Of a stretch of 64,000 nucleotides of DNA, positions 40,183 through 54,224 are shown piece after piece. The stretch spans positions 1 through 64,000 of the forward strand of contig NW_021833281.1 of the NCBI RefSeq assembly GCF_006345805.1, given 5' to 3'. The DNA is from Octopus sinensis (taxonomy: Eukaryota). Made by a program: the position numbers and the translations under genes. Below the pieces are notes generated by a model. The model made no database searches. It was not told where the DNA came from and saw only the letters and a program-made list of their open reading frames with translations. Positions within the stretch are counted from its first letter, which is position 1. Each line of letters starts with the position of its first letter.

Positions 40183-41237
40183 CGGACTTCCACACAGTTT
40201 TCTCCTACCAAATTCACTCACATGGCATTAGTCAGTCCAGAGCTATAGCAGCGAGTTCCTTAACTAGATAGCAATGCCTAGTATTACATACAACTTGATT
40301 TAATCGGTTTTGTCATTTAAGTAAAAAGGAATAAAAATATTTATTCCTTATTCTTTAATTTGTGTTAGTCATTTGATTGCGTCCAAACACACGCGCGCGC
40401 ATGCACACACACACACAAACACAACACACAAACACAACACACACACGTACGACGGGCTTCTTCCAGTTTTAAACGGTCGCTTGACCGTATATATTTGCAC
40501 TCAGAATTCCTTCGGATCACTCCTCAACCTTTTAACTTGCAAAAGGCTACATTATTTAATGTCCTCACATAATGCTTGAAGAAGGGAATAAAAGTAAAAG
40601 ATGGGGTTGACAGTGTTGGAACGCTTTTGATCATGTGACTTTCCGATCAGAACTGACGGGAGACTAGCAAACAACCATTTCTTACATATACAATTTACTA
40701 AGGATCAAAAAGAAATCAAATGTCTTATTCGATAGGCATAGATATGGCTGTGTGGTTAAGAAGTTCGTTTTGTAACTTCGTAGTTTCGGGTTAAGTTCCA
40801 CTGCGAAGCACCTCGAGCAACTGTTTTCTGCTTAGCTCCAGGTGGATCAAAACCTTGTGAATGGATTTACTAGACGGAAACTGTGGAAGCACGGCATAAG
40901 TATATATATATATATATTTATATATATGTTGTTATATTCCTTATCGAGCCATGCCCCGCTCATGAGAGCCGGTTTCCCGGTTTTATTAGCGTAAAAGTTT
41001 CCCACCTGGACGGAAGGCCGGTCCGTCGCAGGTGAGCTGCTAGATACAAGAGGAAAGAGTGAGAGAAACTTGTAGCGAAAGAGTCAGCAGCACCATTACC
41101 TTCTGCCGGAACCGTGTGGAACTTAGGTTTTTCGCTCATATGCACACACATCGCCAGGTCTGAGAATTCACAATCCTTCGACCGCGAGTCTGCTGCTCTC
41201 TCTCTCTCTCTCTATATATATATATTTATATATATAT

Positions 41238-41288
<51 letters not shown>

Positions 41289-41318
41289 TTTTATATATAT
41301 ATATATATAATATATATA

Positions 41319-41364
<46 letters not shown>

Positions 41365-41504
41365 TATATATACGAATGTATTTATACATATATACACCCA
41401 CATATGTGTCTTTGTGTTTGTTCCTATCGTAGCTTGTCAACGTGTGTTAGTGTGTTTATGTCCCGTAACTTCGGCAGAAGAAACTGACAGAATAAGTGAA
41501 CTGA

Positions 41505-42170
41505 AAAAATACGTTACTGAAACTCATAAAATGCTCCAAAGTGCTTTATGGATGAAGTTTTTCACTGGCGCAAGAAGTTAAGGACTGCAGAGAAGAGGGG
41601 AGAGATAGTGAGAGGTGTGGGAAGGAGGGAGTGAGAAAACATCAGAGCTGGTTGAGAAAATTTCCAAGTTTCTCGATGAAGGCCGACGTGTTTCTATACA
41701 CCGAATAAACATACAGTTTGTTGTTGCTGGAGCAATTGTACATAGAATTATTCATGAAGATCTTAACATGTGTAAAATTGTGCAAAATTTATTCCCAAGC
41801 TGTGGTTACCAGGACGACGACATCCTGGTAACCAACTACTTGACAGAGATGGGCAACAAAACTATCTCTCACACTCCTACAGTCCAGATATTGCTTCCCT
41901 GTGACTTTTAGTTGTTCTTCACACGGAAGGAGAACCCCCAGGGACAGTCGTTTTGAAGACATTGACATGATAGATGCTGTGATAACGGTCCTGGACACCT
42001 TCACATTGAAGGACTTGCATGGAATCTTTACAACGTGGTCGGGACGTTACAATAAGTGTATCGAAGTCAGAAGATGCTACTTCGAAGTAGATTAGAGTTT
42101 TGTACTCCTTTAAAACTATCAAATATCTCTCCTGAAATAATCTGAAATCTCCTGGGATGCACCTTTTATT
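41505..42170 (+). mobile_element. Decayed mariner transposase
   Basis: KMLQSAL, IIHEDLNMCKIVQNLFP, HTPTVQILLPCDF (an HPPYSPDLAPCDF-like motif) and YNKCIE...YFE. Confidence 0.75.
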
Positions 42171-42479
42171 TGCCCTTATTTATCCTGTAAAAAGATCGAG
42201 TCACAATACCAAAAGTTTGAGTCACTCGTTATTCAGGATTTCATAACGGTGAGGAGTAAACGCTCATTATTCATGGCAGAATTGTTAGAGCGTTGCAAAA
42301 TATATCAAGGTTATTTGTTCCACATCATTGCGTTGAGTTCAGGTTTTTATTTACCTTTTACCCTTTCGGGGCTAATAAAATAAAATACAAGTCAAGTCCT
42401 GGGATCGATGGAATCGACTATTAGCCTCTTTCAATGTACTAGCCATGCGCCTGAATTGGAAGCCATTATTTCCTGAATC

Positions 42480-43150
42480 GGAGTCAAATTTTAATGATGA
42501 CACCAATGAATATTATGCGGAGAATGCTGTTGATGTTCTCTTTAACATACCGATTAAATGAAGTGCCAAGTTAGGCATTTGACAACACCATAAAATGTTT
42601 TGACGATAATGATGCAGTTCATTGAATTTATTTCCTCGATGGCTCTAGAGGTTTTGGTAAAACATACTGTCCTCTTGTACTCATTATTGTAACAATTGTT
42701 TCAGGAAATTCTCAGACAATAAAAAACGTTACATTGAATATAACAGATGATGCTCCCAGTAAAATAGGTATTTGAAAACCATAAGAAACAACAAGTACTT
42801 CAATGACAAGCTTCTTCTTGGTGGAAACGTCCCTCACACAAAATGCATAGAATGCATAAGAGGCTTCAATACAGACCTAACAGAAATATAAGAGTATATA
42901 TAAACAGTAATTGAATCGGTGACGCTGGGCAAACTGTATATTATCTCAGAGAATTTGTGAACAAACTTACTCTTCAGGATTACTTCCTCATGAGCCAACA
43001 CTAAATGAATTGTTCATTTATAATGTTCATCAAATTCTAGAAAAAGTCTACTGAACGATACTAGACAGATTTTTAGCTTTCGATGTTTAGAAATCCATTG
43101 CATCAATGTAAATATTAGAGCAAGCAGCAGAAACGAACACAATGAGATAA
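42480..43150 (+). mobile_element. Decayed Helitron Pif1-helicase remnant
   Basis: YFLDGSRGFGKTY at 42629-42667 resembles the Helitron Walker A (FLDGPGGTGKT). Downstream FFLGG and IGDAGQT resemble later Pif1 motifs. Confidence 0.5.
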
Positions 43151-43661
43151 TTCGCTTTTATCTGCATTATTTGATATGACTGTTACTAACCCTTAAGTTC
43201 AAAGATTTGTTCATCATCCTTAAAACAAACCTTATTCAAGGATCTTTTGAGTTGGATTGGCTACTCGACCTGACAAAACTTCTAGCTGGGCCTCATCTGC
43301 AAAGTCATGCGCGGTTTATCTTGGTATGGGATCAGCTTCCAGTAACCTGCCTATGAAGTCTATCTAAGTTGACTTTGCACATGACAAATTTGCAGTCGGT
43401 GTAGCTAACGATTTTAAGAAGTGGACAAATTATACTATCCTTATCTACCGGCCTACAGAATACTCTAGATACTACCTCATGCAGTTCGCCCATGTCCACA
43501 CAGGCACATTCGAGAAATAAAGTCAGTACCGGTCAGACAGTTGAAAACGTCTAACCGGTAATGACTTGTTAACTAAATAAGCCAGTTTACCAACTAATAA
43601 AACAAAACATATTGCAGAAAACTTGCGAGCCACGACCTAGCGTCCACTCCTTCTAATCACC

Positions 43662-43696
<35 letters not shown>

Positions 43697-43745
43697 TAAT
43701 AATAATAATAATAATGATAATAATAATAATATAATAATAATAATG

Positions 43746-43828
<83 letters not shown>

Positions 43829-43860
43829 TAATAATGATGATGATGATGATGATGATGATG

Positions 43861-43904
<44 letters not shown>

Positions 43905-43992
43905 TAAATAAGCCAGTTTACCAACTAATAAAACAAAACATATTACAGAAAACTTGCGAGCCACGACCTAGCGTCCACTCCTTCTAATCACC

Positions 43993-44055
<63 letters not shown>

Positions 44056-44060
<5 letters not shown>

Positions 44061-44527
44061 TAATTCTCATTGATATGACTGTCCCAATCGATATAAACGT
44101 ATCTGTCAAGACCTACCAAAAACTGAGCAAATATAAAGATCTTGAAATAGAAATCAGCAAAATGTGGAACCTGAAGACTAAAACAATACCTGTTGTCATA
44201 GGTGATCTGGTAATGATAGCAAAAGAGGTTGATTGCTACCTAACTCAGATACCAGGAAGCCCCAAAATGGCAGAAATTCAAAAGATAGTGCTCATGGGAA
44301 CTGCTCATATCCTACGCAAAATACTTTCTATGTAATCTCAAGGTTTAAAGCAAACATAATTTTCGTATGTTTTTTTTAGACATTCACAAGTACAACACTA
44401 AATACAAAACCAAATATATGGCACACAAGGCATAACAACAACATGAACTTCCAACCTGTTGTCTCCTGAGGTCTCTGGGTGAAACTTGGAGCCAACTTGT
44501 ACAAATGTAAAGCAAAATTCAAACATA

Positions 44528-44592
<65 letters not shown>

Positions 44593-45240
44593 CTGAATGT
44601 GTGGTGAGAGCGGTAAAACGGTATGGCACATCGTTAGCGAATGCCCGAAATTGCCACAACGCGAATACAAAAGACATGACAATGTGGCAAGAATGATCCA
44701 TTGGCAGCTCTGTGGATATCACAAAGAGCAAAGATGTGGTATGAGCAACCTCAGAAGGAGTCACAGAAAATGAAGATTGTAAAATCCTGTGGGATGCAAT
44801 AATTTAGTTCGATCACATGACCAGGCATCGGAATCCGGACATTGTTATAGTGCATAAAAAAAGAAAGAACATGCATGATAATCGACGTGGCATGTCCCGG
44901 TGATAACAATATCAAAGAGAAAGAAGAAGAAAAACTGAACAACTATGATGATTTGAAGTGGGAATACGGAGCTTGTGGTCAGTGAGGACAGTAGACGCGA
45001 TACCAATCGTAATTGGTGCACTTGAAAGTATTAGTATTTAACTACCTACATAGCTCAAAAAGATGGGTGCAAATGTAAAGGTAGAGCACCTACAAAAATC
45101 AGCATTGCTTGGAACTACGAGGATTCTTCGCAGGGTTCTTGAAGCACGACCAGTAAACAAGTGTCACCTTGGACTGCTGGCAGTGGACAGCTGACACTTT
45201 CCATCATACCCAGCAAAATTAGCTGAAAGTTTTCATTAAG
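44056..45240 (+). mobile_element. Two tandem 5'-truncated R4/Dong-like 3' ends of different subfamilies, each in (TAA)n
   Basis: 44056-44530: LIDMTVPID...KYKDL...GTAHILRKILSM plus 3'UTR. 44592-45240: C-x2-C..HIVSEC, HDNVA, RNPDIV, IIDVACP. TAA runs at 43993, 44530 and 45240. Confidence 0.9.
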
Positions 45241-46469
45241 TAATAGTAATAATACTCTGTTTTGTTTTAACTTCTAGCGTCGCACTTATTTTTACTGTCA
45301 TTGCTGCTTTCATTGCCTTTATTTTTGTTGCTAGTTTGCTGTTGCTGTATTCACATTCAATAGTCTCGTCTCGTTCAGATTTACCAACAATAGCAAATAA
45401 AGCGAAAACAAGTCTTTAGAGAAATTGAACAATAAATCTTGTACAAAGAATGGAGACTCAGCAAGCTGATTAAAAGAAAAAAGTGCGTGTATACGTCTGT
45501 TTTGTGGGTATATAGCAATGTCTGTCTGTATATATATTGACAAAGAGAAAGAGAGAAGGAAAGAGAGATAGAGAGAGAAAGAGAAATAGATAGGCGTAGA
45601 AAGAGTGGGGGAGTTGGATGTCAATAGATGGATACATAGACATTGACATATGATTATAAATTTATGTATATGAATTCCTGTAAAATTTGCGAAAGCTCAC
45701 ATATGTATACATGCATGTACATATATTTGTTTATATTTTATATACATAAACACACTTATGCACACACATACATGGTGTATCTGTACGTATGGATCATTAC
45801 GCATGCGTGTATTTCTGGATGTGTACTATAAATGAATTTTTCTGTTGGTAAAATAATTACTTCGAAGTGGAGTCAAGGGGAAAATTTTGTTGATTCATCT
45901 GACAAATAATCAGCATCATTCATTACGTAATTGACCGAGCAGACGTTAAGTAACCCGCCGAAATCTGAAAGCGCTTCTCGCCCATCCCTATATCACCTGC
46001 AAGATCATTTTCTTATGATCTGATTAATAGCAGAAGCTATTTTCATTTCAGGCTCTTTCCATCCCGCTTAACTTCCAACAGAAAAAAAACCCCCCAAAAC
46101 ATTGTCATCACCTTTTATTAACAAAAATAACAAATCTCATATGGTAATCACTTGTAAAGATAATTTGATGGCTGTGAAATATGTGTGCTCGTGTTTTAAT
46201 TTTCTATGCTTGTCTATGTAGGTTGTGTTGGTAGAAAACCTGTGACTGCTGAATCTTAGGATGATTGCTGATCACTCTGTAATGATAGCGGTAGTGTTTT
46301 CCCTGGAGTTTCTTTCTTTTTTTAATAAATAAAGCACGTGTAATATTTAAATATTACGATATTTTTTCAAATCCTCTTTTGTATAAATGAATTATTTGAA
46401 ACAAACAAATACTGAAAATTAATCCAATAACTTTGCATCTATCACTTCCTACGGTAAGCCACATGATTA

Positions 46470-46790
46470 TGCGGAGGTCGTTATATGTCTAGGAAGTTTT
46501 ATCAGCGAAGTCCACAATGCGATAAAGGTCATCCTATCAAAACTTACCAAAGCTCGTGGGTGTGGACATTAAGGGAATAGTCGTTGAACTATTATTGGCT
46601 TCCATAACAGCAACGTTAAATCTTTTTTACAGTGTGATCCAGAATGCTCAGGAGCGTAAAGGAGATATGAAAACGATAAAAGCTTTTCACAATGGATGGC
46701 TGGGGAAAATCTGCCACATGGTCTGGCAAACAAAATATCATAGGAAGAGTTGTACCACTGATCTTGTTATTGTATTGTCCTTGAAATAAA
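46470..46790 (+). mobile_element. Decayed RTE-like LINE RT C-terminal fragment
   Basis: ICLGSFIS and KAFH-type motifs. Another RTE-like 3' fragment lies at ~20310-20480 (-). Confidence 0.4.
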
Positions 46791-46813
46791 ATACTAGCAG
46801 CTCACTTTACCAA

Positions 46814-46847
<34 letters not shown>

Positions 46848-46866
46848 TAATAATATAATAATAATA

Positions 46867-46894
<28 letters not shown>

Positions 46895-46898
<4 letters not shown>

Positions 46899-47449
46899 CT
46901 GATACAGTACCAAGCAGCGGCTCTCATGGCTTCTGATCTTAACTGACTGGAAATGTTATCATGTACATTGTTTTGTCTTGGTATAAAAGATGGGCTACAG
47001 CAAATATTCTGCTCAACACAAAAGATTTGTTTGTCAGTTGTTTGACCTTAACCAGTTGAGCATGTCCCTCAGTGGCTGATGATATGTGTATCTCTGATCA
47101 CGAGCAGAAGTAGTGGGGGAGCATCATAGCCAAGTGTTGAGAGGGATTCTTTGGGCTTTGAATAATTCACCTCTGGAAACATGGGTGTTTCATTCAACAT
47201 CCTTAAACAACCCTTAATCAGGGACCTTTTGAGTGGGATGGGTTACCCGACCAGAAGAAAATTCTAACTGGGCCCCACCCGCAAGGTCATGCGCTATTTA
47301 TCTTGTTATGAGATTACCATGTCGTGCACATATGGTTGTGATGCATGTGTCTGGTGTACTCTTATCAGACGGGTAGTCATGATGGGTATACTGGGCTTCG
47401 TATATTTTAACCAAGTGTCACTTTGATGGCATGCACTGCTCTCTCACTC

Positions 47450-47450
<1 letters not shown>
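46895..47450 (+). mobile_element. Non-coding interspersed repeat (~550 bp) flanked by TAA-type runs
   Basis: Homologous segments occur at 43200-43330 (+) and 50225-50470 (-); no ORF. Confidence 0.6.
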
Positions 47451-47493
<43 letters not shown>

Positions 47494-47552
47494 TAATAAT
47501 AATAATAATGATAATAATAATAATGATAATAATGATAATTATTATTATTACA

Positions 47553-47643
<91 letters not shown>

Positions 47644-47779
47644 ATAATTAACACGGCGAGCTGGCAGGAGTGTTAGCAAGCCGGGCAAAATGTTTGGAAA
47701 TACTTCGTCTGTCTTTATGTTGAGTTCGAATTCCGCCGAAGTCGATTTTGCCTTTCATCCTTTCGGTCTCGATAAAATA

Positions 47780-49046
47780 CGAAGTGGTATCAAAAGGACT
47801 AGTTCTCTAGCGCGCCAACAGATGGCAGCACACGTTTGTGTGCACAGTGAGAGCTAGCAGTGACTTTCATGAGGCAGTGTACCGAGTGGCATCGCTATAT
47901 TTACTTTGCAAGTTGTGAAATTCGTGTTTTTGTGATTGTGTGCATGCTGTAGTTTGCGATTTTTGTCATGGATAGGAAGTTGGAACAAAGAGCCAACGTC
48001 AAAATTTTGCGTTAAATTTGGGAAGTCTGCTACTGAGACATTGAGCATATTTCGGCAAGCTTACGGTGACTAGGTAATGGATCGTACGCAATGTTTCAAG
48101 TGGCACCGGCACTTCAAAAGCGGAAGAACGTTCCTGAAAGATGATGAACGATCTGGAAAACCTTACCGTCGATTTCCGTAAAAAATTTTTTTTTTTTACA
48201 TATGGGCTTGCGGGAACTTTTGAAGTAATATACATACATATACATATACACCGAGTAAAAAAATTCAGTTATCTTTTTCTTTCACACATTACTCTGTCTC
48301 TTCACACATACTAACAGAAGCACTTCACTTACACAACATACTGTCTGTCTCCCACACCCCATCAAACACACACACACACACACATGTACATCAATGCTTC
48401 CCATGCACGGTAACTTCAAAAGAATTTCCCTCGTCATACAATCGCTTTCTTTTAGTCTCTTTCGCTCTCATTACTTCAAAAGTTCCCGCAAGCCCATATG
48501 TAAAAAAAATAAATTTTTTTACGGAAATTGACGGAAAGGTCTACTAGAGACGAAAGATTGCCAAACCTGCCAAGAGTGATATCCCCGGAAAAATTCATCA
48601 GTTTGTGCATGAGGATCGTCGGAGGACAATCAACAACGTTTTGAAGCGTTTGAGGAGGATATTCGGCGAAAGTGACCAGATCTGTGGAGTGTGAAGGTTT
48701 GAATTCTTCACGACGACAATGCACCCTGTTAGCGAGCTCTCCTCGTGCGCTTCTCAGCAAAAACAACATGGTATCGATTCTCCACCCGCCCTATTCGCCA
48801 GATTTAGTACCTGCGGAATTCTGTCTCCCAAGATGAAAAAGCAGCCCAAAGATCGAATCGTTGAAGGTCTCGACTCGCTCTACGGAAAACGACTTCCAGG
48901 CCTGATTCCAAAAGTGGCAGGAACGCTGGGACCGGTTTATTGCTGCACAAGATGACTATTTCGAAGGAGATGATGTTAAAACTTACGTAAATAAGTTATT
49001 TTTTTATCAAACATAAATACTCCGGAAAATTTTTGGTACCATCTCG
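47780..49046 (+). mobile_element. Mariner element with TIRs and TA TSD, inserted in a SINE
   Basis: TA|CGAAGTGGTATCAAAA ... TTTTGGTACCATCTCG|TA. It splits the SINE motif GATAAAA-TA-AGTACCAG and encodes QRANVKFCVKLGKSATET and HPPYSPDL-like remnants. Confidence 0.85.
48161..48539. mobile_element. MITE with ~70-bp TIRs (piggyBac-like CC..TT ends) inside the mariner
   Basis: CCTTACCGTCGATTTCCGTAAAAAA...GAAGTAAT is mirrored by ATTACTTC...TTTTTTACGGAAATTGACGGAAAGG. No intact TTAA TSD is visible. Confidence 0.75.
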
Positions 49047-50799
49047 TAAGTACCAGTTGAGTATTGGGGTCGATATAATCGATTTATCCCCTCCCCCGAA
49101 ATTGATGGCCTTGTGACAAAATTTGAAGTCATTATTATTATTACTGGATTGTTTTAAAAGTGTGGGTTTTAAATGTATTTTTCTTTTACAAAACTGATTC
49201 CAATTGATATAATGATGGAAATTGCTATGGCATTATAAAATAATAAATTAACTTAGTACTTCATTGATAGACATTAATTTCTTTCAAAACTCAAAATATA
49301 TTGTTCATACAGGCTATAAACTATTACTGTATTGACAATAAACTATGGTTTGCAGTTTACAACATTATTTTTAATATCTACAATAAGATACTTGTTAAAA
49401 TTTACAACAATGTTTACTGAATTATACAATATGATATAGGTTACATTATACAATATGATATAGGTTACATTATTCAATAACACTATGTTTCATAATAGAG
49501 CTTAGTTAGTAATTAAAGATTTTGTATACATTTCGTAATATCATACATGTGTTAAACTGAAATATTTACATTTCACATTATGACACGGTTTGCAGTGTGG
49601 AATATTACTTTACATAATATGATGCAGCCGTATTTTAGAGAGATATTCATATTTCATGATGTGATAGGAATCTCATTTTGTATTTATTCGATATTACAGA
49701 ATGCAGGTTGAAAACACATCAACATTATTTCCCAACATGTTACATGTTAAATTTAACTGTAATATTTTCAAAATATTATATCATGCTACAGATTGAGTTT
49801 ACGCGAAATATTTATAACAATATTCTCCTACTATGATACAAGTTTGAGGATGCAACGAATGAAGCTCAAACCATATCTAGAGAAGCATATTAAATGTACA
49901 TTTAACCTAAAATTTCTCAAGATACAACATGTTTTTGTATATATTTTATGAGGTGACAACACACACTTATGTTCTTTATTATAAATTAGTAACCTAAAGG
50001 CAGGGTGCTGGTAGGATTCTTAGCGCGCCGGATAAATGATTTAGCAGCGTTTCTTCCTGCATTATGTTTTGCTTTCAAATCCCACTGAGGTCGACTTCGC
50101 TTTTTACCCTTTGGGAGTCGATAAAATAAGTACCAGTTAAATACGGAGGTTGATTTAATCGACTATCACCTTACCCCAAAATTTCAGTCCTTCCGCCTAT
50201 AGCAGAGAGCATCGTTATTATCATTGAGAGAGCAGTGCATGCCATCAGAGGGACACTGGGGAAAAAATATGAAACCCAGTATATCCATCATGACTACCCG
50301 TTTGATAAGGGTACAGTAGACACATGCATCACAACCATATTTGCGCGACATGGTGATCTCATATGAAGATAAACAGCGTATGACCTTGCAGGTGAGACCC
50401 AGTTAGAATTTTCTTCGGATCGAGTAGCACATCCCGCTCAAAAGGTCACTGAATAAGAGTTATTTAAAGATGTTGGACAAACCACCCATATTTCCAGAGG
50501 TGAATTATCCAAACACCAAAGAATTCCTCTCAACACATGGCTATCATGCTCCCCTACTACTTCTGCTCGTGGTCAGTGATGAACATATTGTCATCCACCA
50601 AGGCACACCAAGGCAAAAAATGAAGTGGTGGAGAGGTGCATGGCACCAGTATGGAATAAAGTATCCTACGTCAGCTGTGGAACGCGAAGCGAAACCGTTG
50701 AAGCCCAGTTTCAAACGGCTGACGTAGCAAAGGAAGAGTCAACAAAGACACTAAAAACGACGAAATTATGCTGCTACCCATATACTTGGGCCGCAGAAC

Positions 50800-53700
50800 A
50801 GCGAAAGTCACAGTAGAAGATATACCAGCTGATTATGAAGTGATGTGGGTAGCAGCAGCAGTCATACATTACGTTGAAGAAGATGTATCCATCCTGCAAA
50901 TGAAGGGGAGGGATGCCGTGAACTGGTGAGGCAAGACACTCGAGATGGTAATTCAAGCGGTGAACCAAAGTCTGGAAAATTTACCCGATAGAGTGTTTGT
51001 GGTGGAGGGGCTGACAATGAGAGTGACTGTGGAGGGATGTAGGCCCCAATGCTTCAAGTGTGGAGAGAAGGGCCATGTCCGCTCCAAGTGTACCAAAAAG
51101 AATAGTGAAAATGAGGCTCCCCCCCCAAAAAAAAGCTGTGAAGGAAACATCAGCAGACAGACCAGAAAGTGCAGTAGAAGCGAAAGAGGAGAGTACAACG
51201 GAAGAAAAGAACCAAACTGCCGAGGAGATGGAGTTTACAACAATGACTCATAAGCGTAAGAAGGCACAAGTCCCTGATTCCCCTCCCCAAACAAACACCC
51301 CCCAAAAAACAACACAAAACACACAGACACACAAAACCAAACTCCCTAGCCCAAGCCCACTGCAAGGCCATTTGCCAAACCCTTCCCAGACTACAAGTAA
51401 AAACTATAGAGTTCCAGGAAAAGAACGAGCTGTTAGCGAGAGTCATTAGAGAACACCATGACTCACGAGTGTTTAGAGTAACGGAAGAAACACTGATGGA
51501 CGTTAGGTATGCAAAACTAAACGAGAAACTGTTTACAGATATGAAGGCGAGGTATCTGAAAGATATAAGAGATATAACCGCCGGAGGGTAAACATATTAT
51601 AAGTGGCGGAGGGTAAACATATTATAAGTCCGGATGCCACACCCAGGAAAAGCCCAATGGTGACACCTAATAAGAAAAGGACGGGGAGGTAGGCGAATTT
51701 GTATAGACCTTCTCCAAACTGAAAATGTGAGTAATCTCTTTCCTTTTATTTTTCAAAAATGATTAAGTTAGGGTGCATAAATGTGCGAGGACTGGTGTCG
51801 AAATGGAAACAGGCTTTTTTCTGGACGACCTCAGGAAAGGTGATATAGATGTAGCAGTCGCAACTGAGTCCAAGATGAATGGATCACAAGCGTTCTCTCC
51901 TCTTCTGAATGACTATGAGAAAATTATTTCTCCTTGCCGACGATGGGTGGGGCGCATGGTGGTCCTATTCAGGCAGAACTTGGACTTGCAGGTAAGTACC
52001 GTCTTTTTGGACCCATAAGGTAGGCTGGTCGTCCTGGATGTAACTGACGAAAGTAAACAGGCCTTCTGGTTGGTAGCTGTGTACGCCCTGAACGAGCGTG
52101 GGCAGTCGGTTTTTTTTCGAGATCTGGAACACTTTCTAGGGACGTCTAAAAAGGTAGCTCTACTAGGAAACTTTAACGCTGTACTCGATGCACGAGTGGA
52201 TAGTGTAGGCTCTTCTAATAGGAAAGGAAATCCTGGCCTCAAGGGTCTACTAGAGAGCTATAATCTAGTAGACCGTTACAGAATGGATGAGTCGTTTGTT
52301 CCACAGTGGACGTGGAGTAATAATGACGGCTCTCGCAGATCGTACATAGATAGGGTATTCGTTAGAGATAGAGATAAGGATACTTTTAGTTGTCCACAAT
52401 TTGATAAAGTATCTTACACGGATCACAAATTTGTGACATGTGAGGTACACTTAGATAAATGTCATAGGAAAGGACCCGGGTACTGGAAGATGAACAAGTC
52501 TATTTTGACTTTGTAAAGCCTTCCGTGCCCGGATTAAAGAGTTAGTAAAGAGGGCACTATGTAGCGCCATCATTAATAATAGATGGTGGAACGACCTCTA
52601 GAGAGCCATTCGTTTAGAGTCTATCAGATTTAGCAATCAGCTAAGTTTAGACAGATCTAGAATAGAAGGTGACTTAGTTGGGAACTTAAACGAGGCCTTG
52701 GAATCTGACTCTGCATCTAGAGTGCTGGCGCCGAGAAGGTCTTGTACCGTCACCTCAACGCCAAGCACGAAGTCAGAGGGATTAAAAGAGCCTCTACAAA
52801 GCCTTTAACAGACGAACAGGATGAGATGTGAAAGGCCTTTTATCAGCATTTTGCACGGTTGTTCGGGCAGGGCGGCGTGCTAGATCGGGGGGGGGGGGAT
52901 TCCCTAAAAGGCTTCCTCACCGGCGGGCACCGTGACTCTCAGCACGGGAGGCGAGGTGCTGTGAAGGGCCGCGGGGGTCAAAGAGGAGTTGGCCGAGTGC
53001 GCCAGGGAAAAGTCGCCGGAGTTGGATGGTCTACCCTATGAATTTTATCGTTGCATGCCGTCTACACAACTGGCAACAGAATGGGAGAATTCCCAGCTCT
53101 ATGAGTCGGAGAGTGGTGACGCACATCCAGAAGGACTTGAGCAAGGGGGATATTATAAGTAATTACGGGCCCATAACTCTACTCAATGTACAATTAAAGA
53201 TTTTGACTAAGGTGTTAGCTAAAAGGTTGATGCGTGTCGTGGAGAAACTTGTATAGAACGCGCTGACATGCGCCATCCCAGGCAGGTCGATCCAGGACAA
53301 TCTTCACCTTATCCGCTACACCATAGACAGGTTGGGTAAATTAATCGGCAAAGGTGGGGCACTGGTCCATTTAGAGCAAGTAAAGCGTTTGATAGGGTAG
53401 ACCATAAGTACCTGGCGGCAGTCCTCGAAGCGGCTGGGCTGCGTTCTGACTTCTGTGGTTGGATCTCCGCCATGTATACCGGCATCAAATCCACAGTCCA
53501 GATAAACGGCTACCTTTCGGAGTCGTTTTCGATCAAGCGTTCAGTTCGTCAAGGGTGTCCACTGTCTCCGCTTCTGTACTCTTGAGCCATTAGTGCGAAA
53601 GTTGGAGAATTTGGGGGTCGCCCCCAATGAAATTGGTTGCGGTAAGTCGGTCTCTGCTTACGCGGTTGACGCCACCATCATCATGTCCAATGAGGCTCAG

Positions 53701-54210
53701 GTACCTTGTGTAGAGGAAGCTATCAGAGGATACGAGGCGGTGGCAGGGGAAAAAGTTAACAAGGACAAGTCCATCGGCTTGTCCCTCGGCACCTGGAGGA
53801 GCAAGTCGATATCGTCCAGTGTCGTGGGTCACTGGACAGATGGTCCTGTTAAGTTGCTTGGAGTTTGGTTTGGACCGGACTCCCAGACGGAGAAGAATTA
53901 TAGCGATGTGGCAGACAGGGTGGAGGCCCTATTCCGGACCTGGTCCGGAAGGTCTCTGTCCCTAAAAGGAAGGGCGGAGGTAGTACAGGTGCTTATTGCA
54001 TCTCGTATCACCTACCGCCTGACCGATGTCCCTTGTCTCCGACTCGTGACTGAACAAGTTGGAGCGACTCCTCTTCCGCGTATTGTGGATGGGAGAAAAG
54101 CCACCTGTGAGGCGCTCTGGTTGCTGCCAGGAACCGCTAAAGAGTAGGTTAGGGATGCCCTGGTTGATTATACACAAACATGCGTTGAAGCTGAAGCTGG
54201 GTGAGGGGTA
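50800..54210 (+). mobile_element. Tx1/L1-clade LINE: ORF1 with CCHC knuckle, ORF2 APE + RT, decayed
   Basis: RPQCFKCGEKGHVRSKC; ORF2 start MIKLGCINVRGL (~51759); GNFNAVLD, SYIDRVF, YTDHK, GPGYWKMN, PITLLN, RQGCPLSP, SAYA. Confidence 0.85.
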
Positions 54211-54224
54211 AATCATTTCCATAA

